A DNA stretch of 50,514 nucleotides from a virus (IMGVR_UViG_3300037088_000797:128001-178514), one strand, 5' to 3'; counted from the first letter of the stretch, positions 26,869 to 37,654 are shown. The notes: generated by a model from the sequence alone, not told the origin. Numbers and translations: made by a program.

Positions 26869-27431
26869 TATACTATCCTTTCAAATAAATAAAATTGTGC
26901 GGATGTTTGAAGATAATTTCCAATAACATCAACCAATTTAAAATTCTTATAATTTTTATCCGCCCAATCAGTGAATTTTCTATGTAAAATATAGCCAGAA
27001 ACCGTATCATTTCCATCAAAATTGCTTGAAAAAATTAATACAAATTTTTGAGATTTACCAAATAATTGATCGAGATAAATTTTATAATCTTTTTCTTCAA
27101 CAATATGATAAAGCACATCAAGTGACAATGTGAGTTCAGCTTCTGGCATCTGGAGTATATCGTCATAAAATTTCATTGAAATGTCCTTGAATTTTTCCTT
27201 GCAAACATTAATAATATATTCAGAAATATCAAAACCACTATATTGTTCGTACCCGTTTATTAAGCTAATTTGATTACCATCACCACAACCAAAATCAGAA
27301 ATAGTTTTAATTTTATATTTTTCAACATAACTATTAATTATATCTGCTTTATGTTTAGCATATTCACCATATGAACCAGCACCTGAATTGCCACCTGCTT
27401 TATATCTACTCTCCCAAAAATTACCAGCCAT
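26868..27431 (-). CDS. Class I SAM-dependent methyltransferase
   Basis: FWESRY..GGNSGAGS, DFGCGDG, SLDVLYH. Confidence 0.8.
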   Translation of the reverse strand: MAGNFWESRYKAGGNSGAGSYGEYAKHKADIINSYVEKYKIKTISDFGCGDGNQISLINGYEQYSGFDISEYIINVCKEKFKDISMKFYDDILQMPEAELTLSLDVLYHIVEEKDYKIYLDQLFGKSQKFVLIFSSNFDGNDTVSGYILHRKFTDWADKNYKNFKLVDVIGNYLQTSAQFYLFERIV

Positions 27432-28020
27432 TCTTTTTAATTATTAAATACACTATATTTAAATTTTTATATGTTAAATTTGGATTAACTGAATTTTCTC
27501 CATTAAGAACATGATGTAAATTATGACATTCGCTCTTGACAAGTGTTTCAATCTCAGTAAGATTAACTCGTGGAAAATCAAATGTCATGATAAGATGACC
27601 ATTAGGTTTTATTTGTTTAAAAAGATTTTCAATTGCATTTAATCTATCATTTACTGTTGGTAAATGCTCAATGGTTGAAACATTTAAAACATAATCAAAT
27701 TTTTCTTCAAATTCTTTACTTTCAGTAGTAATATCGTAATAATGTGTCTCTCTAAATTTAGAACTAACAATATCTGAATGTACGCATTTACCAAGAGTAT
27801 CTAATTCGTCTCTGAATGTCACATGAATTCCTTCAAAACCCCATGATGAATTATGAATTTCTACTTTGTTTTTGTGTTGGGTCATCATATCCCACTTAAT
27901 AAAATCAATTACAAAAAAATATTCATATGGTCTTGACCATGCACCTGCTTGAATATATTTTGCATCAAAATTATCAGCAGAATCTGCAAATCTGAAACTT
28001 ATTACTTCAAAGTTTTTCAT
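27421..28020 (-). CDS. Methyltransferase-fold protein
   Basis: WSRPYEY, FDYVLNVSTIEH, KPNGHLIMTFD. The glycine-rich SAM motif is degenerate. Confidence 0.65.
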   Translation of the reverse strand: MKNFEVISFRFADSADNFDAKYIQAGAWSRPYEYFFVIDFIKWDMMTQHKNKVEIHNSSWGFEGIHVTFRDELDTLGKCVHSDIVSSKFRETHYYDITTESKEFEEKFDYVLNVSTIEHLPTVNDRLNAIENLFKQIKPNGHLIMTFDFPRVNLTEIETLVKSECHNLHHVLNGENSVNPNLTYKNLNIVYLIIKKNGW

Positions 28021-28658
28021 AAAACATTCTTAATTTTATATATAGAAAAATCACCACCAAACACCCATTTATTTTTATTACCAGCAATATTCTCAAATAT
28101 TTTTTCAGCATTAAATATTTTTAATAAATGACCAGCAAAATCGTAATGCGTTGAATCATCTATGAAAATAATAGAATCGGTTGTTAAATGTTCAATAGTA
28201 TGTAAGAACGCCATACTTCTGCCATTTCCGTGCGGTCCGTCCAAAAGCATGTAATCATATATTCCGCTTATATCATTTGGCTGTAGAATATAAAACTGAT
28301 TTCGTAGATGACTTGATGTTTTAGGTTTCATCACTAATTTATTATATTTTTTTACCACAAACATTTGTTCAAACGCACCATCATCAGTTTCTTCAAGTCC
28401 TCTTAAATTTACAACTACCTTCGGATTTGATTTATCCTTATACATATAAGTTATGTCATTATCGAAACTTGTTACATAAATATCCTTATTTAATATTTTT
28501 GATAAATCTGAAAAAAATTTAGTTGAAACACCTGAACCAAATTCAAGAACATTAATAATTTTTTTATTATCATTCTTTATTAATTCATATAGTTTTTCGA
28601 AACCTAATTTACTTAGTCCCCAGCCATCATTAATATAATTATCATAATTTATTTCCAT
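28017..28658 (-). CDS. Class I SAM-dependent methyltransferase-like protein
   Basis: VLEFGSGVST, LLDGP...GR, IFIDD. Confidence 0.75.
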   Translation of the reverse strand: MEINYDNYINDGWGLSKLGFEKLYELIKNDNKKIINVLEFGSGVSTKFFSDLSKILNKDIYVTSFDNDITYMYKDKSNPKVVVNLRGLEETDDGAFEQMFVVKKYNKLVMKPKTSSHLRNQFYILQPNDISGIYDYMLLDGPHGNGRSMAFLHTIEHLTTDSIIFIDDSTHYDFAGHLLKIFNAEKIFENIAGNKNKWVFGGDFSIYKIKNVL

Positions 28659-29377
28659 ATACAGACCTTATTTAATGTTGGAGCACCCAGATGATAACCC
28701 CTTGTTAGTTTTAATTGTAAATACGGGTCTAATATAGAACCGATATCAATATAAGTATTATTTTTACTACCCAATACCCATAATGAATATGTTAGTATGT
28801 TAGCAAGCGGTCCTGCTGCAATAAGAAATATTTCGTCTTTTACGTTGCGCATTAAAATCTGTTCAAGCATATCTCTTCCAATATCAAAATCTTCATACCA
28901 CGCATCAGTACCGACACGTAGAACTCTATGTGGAGTAAATGATAAGCCATCTGTATCTGCATGTTGATTTACAACAAGCGTAATGCTATGATTTTTAAAT
29001 TCTGGAATGAGTTCATTTACTGTTCTTCGATAGTTTGCGTTTACAAATATGTTCGCCCATGTCAGATGATCTTCATCCTGACCAGACTTAGTTCTCATAT
29101 ATTCAAATTTTTCCTGACCGACACAGCAGGGACAAGCAATTCCAATGTAATACTGGTCGTCCTTATAAACATAAGATTCAAGCAGCTTTTCTCTTGCTTG
29201 ATTATATTGTGGCATGTTGGGGTCATACCTGAATTCACCATTACCTTTTGATCTGATATCAATTGGTTTACCTTCAAGTATTGTTAATTCACCGTCACCC
29301 CAGCGAGATAAGGAAAAATGTTCACCAGATTTTATTTTATTTAAAAACTTATCAAAGTCACCACTAAATGTTTTCAT
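28649..29377 (-). CDS. GT-D fold (DUF1792-like) glycosyltransferase
   Basis: SLSRWGDGE, LIAAGP, YIDIGS..D. Confidence 0.7.
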   Translation of the reverse strand: MKTFSGDFDKFLNKIKSGEHFSLSRWGDGELTILEGKPIDIRSKGNGEFRYDPNMPQYNQAREKLLESYVYKDDQYYIGIACPCCVGQEKFEYMRTKSGQDEDHLTWANIFVNANYRRTVNELIPEFKNHSITLVVNQHADTDGLSFTPHRVLRVGTDAWYEDFDIGRDMLEQILMRNVKDEIFLIAAGPLANILTYSLWVLGSKNNTYIDIGSILDPYLQLKLTRGYHLGAPTLNKVCIWK

Positions 29378-30108
29378 TTTATTTTATTTACCGTACTCCA
29401 ACCATTATTAATACAAAATTCACAAATTTTACCACGTTCTGGATAATGTGAACCTTTTGTCCAAGAAGCATTTACATCATTTCCCACTTCATTTCCGATT
29501 TTAAAATCAGAACTCCATAAATCTTTATTATTTTCTGGATGTGGGGGTACAAATGTTTGAATATTGCCATACTTTTGTGCAAGAAATGAAAACATAATAT
29601 CTTCACCATTATTCCAGTCGAATGGTTTTTCATACCACAAATATTTTACCCATTCTTGTCTAAAAAACCAAGCATGTCCTACCAGATCAACTCTGCAAGT
29701 GGTGTCTAAATGCTGACCATTCCAACCCACTTTATCAAAAGGTACATATGCTTTGGTTTTTAATATTACGCCTGTACCGCCAAGTATGCCATTACTCTCA
29801 GGTTTTTCAATTGTTTCAAGACAATTCTTAAGCCAATCTCTGTGAGGAATTGTATCATCGTCAAATAATGCAACAAATGGTGTTTTAATTAAAAGTGGTA
29901 TTGTAAACCTTCCAAAGAATTTGGTATTCCAACTACAAGCATATGTTTTAATTTCTTTGTCTTGTGGATAATGTTGTGCAACATCACTTCTATTATACCA
30001 AATATGAATATCTTCGCTCTTAATCGATATTGATTGATCTTTTATCGATTGAATTTGTTTTTCAATCATATGTGGTCTTTTATAAACGTTTAACACTACA
30101 CTTATCAT
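29374..30108 (-). CDS. GT-A fold glycosyltransferase (GT2/GT64-like)
   Basis: ISVVLNVYKRP, ALFDDD, VDLVGHAW, GEDI. Confidence 0.75.
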   Translation of the reverse strand: MISVVLNVYKRPHMIEKQIQSIKDQSISIKSEDIHIWYNRSDVAQHYPQDKEIKTYACSWNTKFFGRFTIPLLIKTPFVALFDDDTIPHRDWLKNCLETIEKPESNGILGGTGVILKTKAYVPFDKVGWNGQHLDTTCRVDLVGHAWFFRQEWVKYLWYEKPFDWNNGEDIMFSFLAQKYGNIQTFVPPHPENNKDLWSSDFKIGNEVGNDVNASWTKGSHYPERGKICEFCINNGWSTVNKIK

Positions 30109-30116
30109 ATTTTTAA

Positions 30117-31871
30117 TTATTTAACATCGTCTCTAATTCCAAAACCGCCATCAGTACTTCTCTGTAATGAGGTTAATGTTTCATTTATATAAGATATTTT
30201 CTTAAAATGTTTATATAAATATGTCGCAACTCTATAATCCCCTAACTTATATGCTTCCCATTGTGGTTTAATTACAGAATTAAAACAAAAGCACAGTGTT
30301 GACATGTCGTTAGCAACAGGATATTTATAAAAATTTTCATCTGAAGGTACAATTCTTCCGCTTGGAAACTGTGCACGATACATTATTAAATCACTACCCT
30401 CTTTAATTTTTTTCGATATTTTTAGCAATGCATTTTTATCATTCAATTTGTCGTCATCATCAATATATAATATGTACCCGCATTTTACATATTTTTGTAA
30501 TTCATTTATATATAAATTATATACAAAAGGTCTTCCATAATTTTTATAATCTCTCTTTTTTTCAATATTTAAATCACTAAAATCATATTGTATTAAGGAA
30601 CAATTATTATGTTTCATTACATATTTGGCACTCTCTTCATCATCAACACCAACAATAATATTATAATTTTTATATGTTTGTTCACGTATTGAAGCAATAC
30701 AGCTTTTAAAATAGTTTGGTCTACCTGATGTTCTTATTATTATGTTAAATAATGGATTATCTGAATAATGTGAATGTTTAAAATTATCTTTTATCATAAC
30801 TGATCTATCTTCAAAACCATTAAAATATTGAAATTTATCACTAATATTACTATATTCTTGCCATTTATTATTTTTTAATAAAAATTTAATTTTTTCGCCA
30901 ATTTTTTCAGTATCACATTCAACAATTAAATTTTCAAAATAATTGATTTTACTATATTCGCTTAATACACAAACATTATTTATTAATAGTTCGAAAATTC
31001 GAACCTGTTCTTGAATATATCCATCATAAAAATGTAAATTTAAGACTATTTTACTTCTACCAATATAGTCATATAATTTATCTCCAAACATTGATGTTAA
31101 TACTACGACATTATAATTTTCTTTTAATTTATTTAATATTTTTTTTCTCCTATCGTTAAGTTCCCCGTAAAATAAAACATCAATATCTTTATTTACGTTA
31201 TTTTTTATTACTTTTAATGACTCGGCATATTTTAACGGCATATGTTTAATGTTTTTATTAATGCCAATTTTTCTTAAAAAAATTAAGTTATTTAAATCAT
31301 ATTCCCATATTTCATCGGCATTTCTCAACCAATCGCTTACATGCTGAGTTCTTTTTATAATATATGGCAAGTTGCTTTTAGGATTATACCAGTAACTTAA
31401 ATTATTATATACCTGTTCAAATTGATAAACAATAATTTTTTTATTTGGATTTGATTTTCTGAATTCAGCAATTGATTCACCCCTATTATATGCAAAAACC
31501 AATATAGAATTATTATAATTATCATCATTACCGTATAATTCCATCACCATTTTTATAACAATATTGAATGGACTTATATCTGCATTTTTACCAAGTATTA
31601 CACATTTTAATTTTTCGGAGTTATTGTCTGATTTAATGACAACGTTTTTAGTATTATCAGTAACAGATGTGCCAAATAATCTTAATTTATTTCTTTCATT
31701 TATAGAATTAGATATTAATGTCGTTTTTGGTTCTTCATTTATAGTTGGTTTTTTAATTACCCTTTGTATTATAGGATTACTTATAGATATACCTTTCTTT
31801 TGTCCTTGCTTTTCTTCAATTCTTTTTTTTACAACCCTTTTTAAAGTAACCCTCCAATTTTCCTTTCTCAT
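30117..31871 (-). CDS. Two-domain glycosyltransferase (CgeB/GT-B-like + GT2)
   Basis: DIDVLFYG..N.RR, SKIVLNLH...EQVRI, then NIIIRTSGRP, YIDDDD. Confidence 0.7.
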   Translation of the reverse strand: MRKENWRVTLKRVVKKRIEEKQGQKKGISISNPIIQRVIKKPTINEEPKTTLISNSINERNKLRLFGTSVTDNTKNVVIKSDNNSEKLKCVILGKNADISPFNIVIKMVMELYGNDDNYNNSILVFAYNRGESIAEFRKSNPNKKIIVYQFEQVYNNLSYWYNPKSNLPYIIKRTQHVSDWLRNADEIWEYDLNNLIFLRKIGINKNIKHMPLKYAESLKVIKNNVNKDIDVLFYGELNDRRKKILNKLKENYNVVVLTSMFGDKLYDYIGRSKIVLNLHFYDGYIQEQVRIFELLINNVCVLSEYSKINYFENLIVECDTEKIGEKIKFLLKNNKWQEYSNISDKFQYFNGFEDRSVMIKDNFKHSHYSDNPLFNIIIRTSGRPNYFKSCIASIREQTYKNYNIIVGVDDEESAKYVMKHNNCSLIQYDFSDLNIEKKRDYKNYGRPFVYNLYINELQKYVKCGYILYIDDDDKLNDKNALLKISKKIKEGSDLIMYRAQFPSGRIVPSDENFYKYPVANDMSTLCFCFNSVIKPQWEAYKLGDYRVATYLYKHFKKISYINETLTSLQRSTDGGFGIRDDVK

Positions 31872-31878
31872 GATAAAA

Positions 31879-32613
31879 TTAATTATTATAATCTACAGTA
31901 TTATAATTTATCTTATTACCACCACCATTACTTTGATCTTGTCTGTTTTTTGTATAAAGAGGATATTTTTTTATCTGGAAATTTATTTTAAGATCAGGAA
32001 ATATGTCAACATGAACAACACGTATATTCTCAATTTTTTTTAATTCATAACCACGCTTACACATTTCAACATTTAAGTTAAAATCCCAATATTGAGATTC
32101 ATCAACAATCCATGAATTAATTTCTTCAACCACTTTTCTTCTTTGCATGTTGACACAGGTAACTACATGAGCATCACCAAATATAATGCCTTCAAAATCA
32201 ACTTTATTTGTAATTGGTATCTGACCACCAACACCGTTTCTTTTAAGCATGAGTTGACCTATCTTTGGGTGACTATCCATAATCTTCACCATATTTGCCA
32301 AAAAATGCGGAGTAACTGGTGGACAATCGTTATCCCATTGCATTGTATATTCACAATCTTCGTCAAGATTATCATATCCTACCTTTGTACCACCAAAATC
32401 TCCAAGATTTTCATTTAAATAAATTGGTTTGATTTTATAATAACCTTCTTTTATTAAGGATTTTAGCCATTGACCAGTACCATCTGTTGATGCTTGGTCA
32501 ATAACAATCATTTTATAATCACTATAACCAGCCAGACGATCTATTTCACGAATAGTAAGTGAAGTATATTCCAGACGATTAAATGCTCTTATTATGATAT
32601 TTACTCTTGCCAT
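31879..32613 (-). CDS. GT2 glycosyltransferase
   Basis: IIIRAFNR, IDQASTDGT, WDND. Confidence 0.8.
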   Translation of the reverse strand: MARVNIIIRAFNRLEYTSLTIREIDRLAGYSDYKMIVIDQASTDGTGQWLKSLIKEGYYKIKPIYLNENLGDFGGTKVGYDNLDEDCEYTMQWDNDCPPVTPHFLANMVKIMDSHPKIGQLMLKRNGVGGQIPITNKVDFEGIIFGDAHVVTCVNMQRRKVVEEINSWIVDESQYWDFNLNVEMCKRGYELKKIENIRVVHVDIFPDLKINFQIKKYPLYTKNRQDQSNGGGNKINYNTVDYNN

Positions 32614-33245
32614 TAAATATTGTGTTTAACTCTGATCGCATTTATAGCGTCAATTTCACTATTTGTATTTGAAGTGATACCAGAATCAAGGTAGTATGCA
32701 TAAAAGGTCTGAGAAGGCACTAAAATACCTTTGTGACCTCTTTCTACCATTGTCAACCAAACATCCCAATCCTGAAGTCTCTTAAGATTTTCATCAAACA
32801 TTGGAAAATATGTTTTACGAACCAATGACATTGTTGAAATATAATTACCATATTTCAGTGCCTGTGGATTGAATTCAACTGCAGGTATTTCAAAATTACC
32901 ATGAATTGGATGTGTTTCTGGATGTAAAACAATACCATGATAACCAGTATATGCAAAATCACACTCTATATGCTTTTTAAGTGCATTAAGTAATGTTTGT
33001 ATATAATTAGCTGGTAATAAAATATCATCATCACAAAAGAATAAAAAATCTTGTGTTGCTTTCATGAAGCCATCATTTCTTTTCTTTGGAGCATAACCCT
33101 CATTGTCATTAATAATGATCTCAATTGGATTATTTGCCTCCAGTAACGGAAGCACCATGTTATTAAAAAATTCTCTTCTGTTTTTACTCAGGGGTATAAT
33201 TACACTTACTGGTAATCCTTCATCAACTTTATCTACTTTTATCAT
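32613..33245 (-). CDS. GT2 glycosyltransferase
   Basis: VSVIIP, KRNDG, FFCDDD, RLQDWDVWL. Confidence 0.8.
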   Translation of the reverse strand: MIKVDKVDEGLPVSVIIPLSKNRREFFNNMVLPLLEANNPIEIIINDNEGYAPKKRNDGFMKATQDFLFFCDDDILLPANYIQTLLNALKKHIECDFAYTGYHGIVLHPETHPIHGNFEIPAVEFNPQALKYGNYISTMSLVRKTYFPMFDENLKRLQDWDVWLTMVERGHKGILVPSQTFYAYYLDSGITSNTNSEIDAINAIRVKHNI

Positions 33246-33928
33246 GCTTCGTATGTTATTGGCAATTCGTCTTTGTATTTTTCTACGAATTGAAGTCTAT
33301 TATTTTCCCATTGCTGGTTTGTCATTCCTACTGACTGATGTAAAATTCTTATGTCTGTTGTAACACCAATCTCACACCCCTCTAAATAGTTAGGAACACA
33401 AAATGCAAGATCATAAAAATGAAATCCTTTAAAATCTTCATCCCAAGGACATACAATACTATTACAATCAACTGCCATAAATACACCATCGACCAAAACA
33501 ACTGGTTTAGTATAACCTTTAATTGGTACAGCGTATTCGCTTACCCAGACATTTGCACCATCTGTATGTTCGACAACACCACACATTTTTGCTCTGTCTG
33601 CCCACCATTGACCACTTTCATGAAGAAATGTTGTGCCAGCAACTCCAATAATATCAAAATTAGTGCTATTAAATTTACTTAAAAGTAATTTTCCCCAAGT
33701 ACGGGTTCTAATAGTAATGTCGTTATGACAAAATACCATAATCGATTCAGGAGTATTGTATTCTTTTATGGCTCTGTTGTAAACATCGCTAAGACTAAAC
33801 TGATTGAAGTTGGTATAGCATACAGTCTGATGTTTAACACCGATTGTGTCATCTATATGCTTAATAAATTTTTGATTTTCTTCCTCTGATAAATGTGAGG
33901 AAAAGACTACGATAATATTATTTTTCAT
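33242..33928 (-). CDS. Glycosyltransferase-like (Glyco_tranf_2_5) protein
   Basis: YNRAI, FCHND, IGVAG, DGVFMA, FHFYD. Likely start is the ATG at 33926-33928. Confidence 0.75.
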   Translation of the reverse strand: MKNNIIVVFSSHLSEEENQKFIKHIDDTIGVKHQTVCYTNFNQFSLSDVYNRAIKEYNTPESIMVFCHNDITIRTRTWGKLLLSKFNSTNFDIIGVAGTTFLHESGQWWADRAKMCGVVEHTDGANVWVSEYAVPIKGYTKPVVLVDGVFMAVDCNSIVCPWDEDFKGFHFYDLAFCVPNYLEGCEIGVTTDIRILHQSVGMTNQQWENNRLQFVEKYKDELPITYEA

Positions 33929-33949
33929 GCATGCAATTATTAATAACTG

Positions 33950-33980
33950 CAAACATAATCATTTTTAATTAAATTGTCAA
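33950..33980 (-). promoter_or_regulatory. Bacteroidota-type promoter heading the glycosylation operon
   Basis: TTG-N20-TATGTTTG. Confidence 0.65.
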
Positions 33981-33983
33981 GGG

Positions 33984-34298
33984 TTATTGTTTTTTAAATG
34001 CGGTTAAAATCGCTTCATAATCTCCTTTAACCTTTACCAATGGAAAAGGTATTCTGATTAATGTACCGTCTGGTATATCAAATTCGCTTGCAAAGCTACC
34101 GTTGGCATACATTATAAAGAAATCATAAAATGAATTACCATAGTATTTTTGACTAAGTTTATCCATCCTACTGAACTCCGAATTCCAATATTCATATTTG
34201 TCGCTCGGATTTATCGGCAAGTTAACAAATGGCATTTCATCAATTGTACCATCACCATTTTTTAATATTGCATATCTGTCGTAATCTGTATTTGGCAT
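33984..34298 (-). CDS. Baseplate wedge gp53-like / LysM-like protein
   Basis: RMDKLSQKYYG...FIMYAN...IPDG..IRIP. Confidence 0.7.
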   Translation of the reverse strand: MPNTDYDRYAILKNGDGTIDEMPFVNLPINPSDKYEYWNSEFSRMDKLSQKYYGNSFYDFFIMYANGSFASEFDIPDGTLIRIPFPLVKVKGDYEAILTAFKKQ

Positions 34299-34304
34299 AT
34301 TCTA

Positions 34305-37300
34305 TTAATGTAAAAGTAAACCATTATTTATAATTGCTGCAGTAACTGCTTTTACTGTACTTTCATCGTATGTTTTAGTTAACTGTGCCTGTTCTGCAGT
34401 CAATATATTCTTAATAAACGATTCTTGTAAATCAGCTTGTTTTGAAGGTAATTGATACATACCAGCATCTGTAAATGAAGAGTTTGCATAGTAGTTGAAT
34501 GAAACAGCATTCTGCAGTGCATCGATAGGACCTTTCAACGATTGACCACCTATTAACTTCATTTGTAAAGTAACTTTAGCAAGCATTGGTTGCATACCGA
34601 AACCTTCTGGGTTCATATCCCAAGTAGTATCAGAATAATCAATAGTATAATTCTCAATAATAATCTTAGTGTAGAAAAAGTCACCTACCCTAAGAATACA
34701 TATTGGCTGACGACCAAATACTGAGTTTCGTGCCATTGCACTATTTTCTCCGCTTACTGGACTATTCCATCTTTTTGCTGCACCTTGTCTTTGACATTGG
34801 TGTAAGAAAGTCAGTCTTTTATGAAAATCTTCTGGTGTCTGGCTGTGAAATACTGGATAAAAATAATTACCACTGATTGAATCAAAACCATGAAGAATTA
34901 CGGTATTTACTGAAGCGTCACTGCCTCTTTCTTTATAAACACAAGACTGATTATCTTTTATTTTTTGCATCTGAACTTTTGCTGCTTCAATTTCTGCCTG
35001 TAATTTAAGTATGTTTGTTGCATCGGTTGAATTTAAATCAGCTTTCTTTGGTGGTAGAGACCTATTATTTTTTCTAATTTGAATATAAGCATGTCTTTCT
35101 TGCTTTGTTACTTTATATGGAATTGCTTCTTTTGTTGCATTGTCCTGACTTGCCTGTACATCACCGACACTTTCACCAAGAACAGTGTCCCACGTAACTT
35201 CAATACCTTGGGCAATTGATTGTCCGAACATTGCTGCTAACTTCTTTTGAATTAATGTTTGTACAGCCTGTGCTCTTCTTTCACCTAATGCCTTGTTATA
35301 TTGTGCTCCACCAGCAGCTAAATATAATTTAGACGCTGCACCATAAATATAAACACTATATGATATTCTGTTATTTTCATCATTAAATACATCAAAAAGT
35401 GCCTTATTTAATTTATTATCACCAAATTCATCGGTGAGAGCAACTAAACTATATTGTGAAGGAGTATTTGGGTCTAATATATATGTTTGTTTTCCATCAA
35501 CCTTACCATTATCTATTACACCTACTTTAAAAAATGCATCACCATTTAAACCCCAGCTTGTAAGGTCTGAAGAAGGTAATCCCTCAATTATTTCATATGT
35601 ATATTTTTGATAAAGAGCATCAATAATTGTACTAAGATTATCATTTACTGTTGGTACATCATTTGGAAACACAATATCAATTTTTACGGGTTGTATATCA
35701 TTTGGTTCTGCGGGAACTGTTTTACCTTTAATTTTTTCAATATCTGTAGTTAGTTTTGCAATTTTCATTTGATAATTTTCGATTGATACAAATTTATCCA
35801 CATATGGGTCACCGCCAAATGCAAAGAACTGTGCAATATCTCTTTGCATACTTGTTTTATTTGCAAAGTTTTTTAATTGCTGTGGATAGTCAACAAGTAA
35901 TGTAAAACTAAGCGTTGCACTCCTTTCAGAGTTCATATAGTTATACATTGGCTCATTTCTACCAATAATTATTGTTGGCTCAAATTTAGCTGTACCTGTT
36001 TCATTTATTTCAAGATTATATGGTGGAAACCACATAATTCGTCCATTGAACGGACCGACCTCACACGCTGGTATTGGTGAACCAAATTCATCATCAATAA
36101 TGCCATACGTGTCTTTACTTAATACTCTAATTGCAAGATTTTCAATTGAAAACATAAGATTTCTTGGGTCTGGTTTGCCGTCCTTATCTAAAGTTGGATG
36201 AATACGGGGTAACACTGTTTTATAAATTACAGAATCTTTATTACCACCATAAACCTGATTACCCATAAACCTTATTGTTTTTGCAAATTTATCATATTGA
36301 TCTAAAGTAGTATGTTGTCTGACACCTTGTTTTCCGCTTATGCCACTATTTCCAGCATATTTACTATAATTTGCTCTCCATAATCCAGAACCATTAAAAC
36401 CAACAAGTTCATTACCATTTTTAAATGCTTTTCTTGTAATATCAACAAAATTACCTTCAGTTGCATTTAATAAATTTCTTGTATATTCAAGTAAACCGCC
36501 TTTTATATTTAAAATACTTATTGATTCAGGTGTTATTTGTCCCTTTGCTGAGTCACTATCTCCACGCAATTGAGCAAGTTTTTTGTTTGCAACAGGGTCT
36601 AAACCGTCTCTACCCCAAACTAATTTATTTCTAATATCATCATCACTAAATTCTGTGTCTGTACCTATCCAATCATTAAATGAATCTTTAACAGCATAAT
36701 TAACTTCTGTTTTATCTGTTGTACCAAAATTTTTGCGAATAAAATCAGCATCAGGTGCATATTCTTGACCATTTGCAGCCATTGCTGTATATGATGCTCT
36801 CATATTATAATCTGCATCTACTGCAGCAATACCTGATGGATGATAAGTTAAATAAGGATATTCTTTATCGCTGTTAAAATTAAAATATGTCAGGTTATCT
36901 GTTATTATATTTCTTGGTAATATCGGAGTTCCTGCCACAACACCATATTTTGTTAACGTGGTATCATCTTGTTTATAAATGTTTTGATTAAGAGAAGTAT
37001 ATAAATAATTTAACTGAGCAGTACCTGTATTTTGTATAATTTCAGCATTTGTTGGATTAAAATTAAAGGGATTTTTATAGGTTGCACTGCCACCCACTAA
37101 ATTTTGAAGAAATGCTTGAAATCCAGTCTTTGGTGTAACAGTAATTGAATAATCGATAGCCTTTTTAAATAATTTTCCACCTTTAAGAAAACCACTTAAA
37201 TCAATGGTAGGCATGTATGTCTGTTCAAGGTGTGATGCTGAGTTCATTGCAAATTGTTTACCCAGCATTACAAGACCAATTTCGCTAAGAGGACTACTGT

Positions 37301-37595
37301 TACCAATAGCACTTGCTGCCCTGCCAATTACACTATTTTTTAATTCAAAGCCACTAAATGGAGCAAGTGCAGAACCAATGCTACTAATAGCATTGACAAC
37401 TTTTTGAATTGAATTTGGATTAAGCGGATATTCTACATCAGGAGTATATAAGTTTCTTGACTCAAGGACATTTCGCATACCCTGAGAATCAATCAACAAT
37501 CTTGATGTACCACCAGCTTCATTGGGATTAACAGTTGTGTTTAAGCCTCCAGCAAAAATTGTTTGTGGTTGTCTTCTTGTACTATCGTCTGCCAT
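34305..37595 (-). CDS. Large baseplate/tail-associated protein with OmpA-like peptidoglycan-binding motif
   Basis: WFPPY.L...E...A.F....IIGRNEP.Y.Y...ER and C.LRVGDFFYTKIII (tube-initiator/hub-like halves) flank G.AS....YNKALGERRAQAV. Confidence 0.6.
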   Translation of the reverse strand: MADDSTRRQPQTIFAGGLNTTVNPNEAGGTSRLLIDSQGMRNVLESRNLYTPDVEYPLNPNSIQKVVNAISSIGSALAPFSGFELKNSVIGRAASAIGNSSPLSEIGLVMLGKQFAMNSASHLEQTYMPTIDLSGFLKGGKLFKKAIDYSITVTPKTGFQAFLQNLVGGSATYKNPFNFNPTNAEIIQNTGTAQLNYLYTSLNQNIYKQDDTTLTKYGVVAGTPILPRNIITDNLTYFNFNSDKEYPYLTYHPSGIAAVDADYNMRASYTAMAANGQEYAPDADFIRKNFGTTDKTEVNYAVKDSFNDWIGTDTEFSDDDIRNKLVWGRDGLDPVANKKLAQLRGDSDSAKGQITPESISILNIKGGLLEYTRNLLNATEGNFVDITRKAFKNGNELVGFNGSGLWRANYSKYAGNSGISGKQGVRQHTTLDQYDKFAKTIRFMGNQVYGGNKDSVIYKTVLPRIHPTLDKDGKPDPRNLMFSIENLAIRVLSKDTYGIIDDEFGSPIPACEVGPFNGRIMWFPPYNLEINETGTAKFEPTIIIGRNEPMYNYMNSERSATLSFTLLVDYPQQLKNFANKTSMQRDIAQFFAFGGDPYVDKFVSIENYQMKIAKLTTDIEKIKGKTVPAEPNDIQPVKIDIVFPNDVPTVNDNLSTIIDALYQKYTYEIIEGLPSSDLTSWGLNGDAFFKVGVIDNGKVDGKQTYILDPNTPSQYSLVALTDEFGDNKLNKALFDVFNDENNRISYSVYIYGAASKLYLAAGGAQYNKALGERRAQAVQTLIQKKLAAMFGQSIAQGIEVTWDTVLGESVGDVQASQDNATKEAIPYKVTKQERHAYIQIRKNNRSLPPKKADLNSTDATNILKLQAEIEAAKVQMQKIKDNQSCVYKERGSDASVNTVILHGFDSISGNYFYPVFHSQTPEDFHKRLTFLHQCQRQGAAKRWNSPVSGENSAMARNSVFGRQPICILRVGDFFYTKIIIENYTIDYSDTTWDMNPEGFGMQPMLAKVTLQMKLIGGQSLKGPIDALQNAVSFNYYANSSFTDAGMYQLPSKQADLQESFIKNILTAEQAQLTKTYDESTVKAVTAAIINNGLLLH

Positions 37596-37654
37596 TAAAT
37601 ACTTTTTAAATAAATACTTGTAATATAAATTTAAAAAGCATGAAAATTAAAAGG

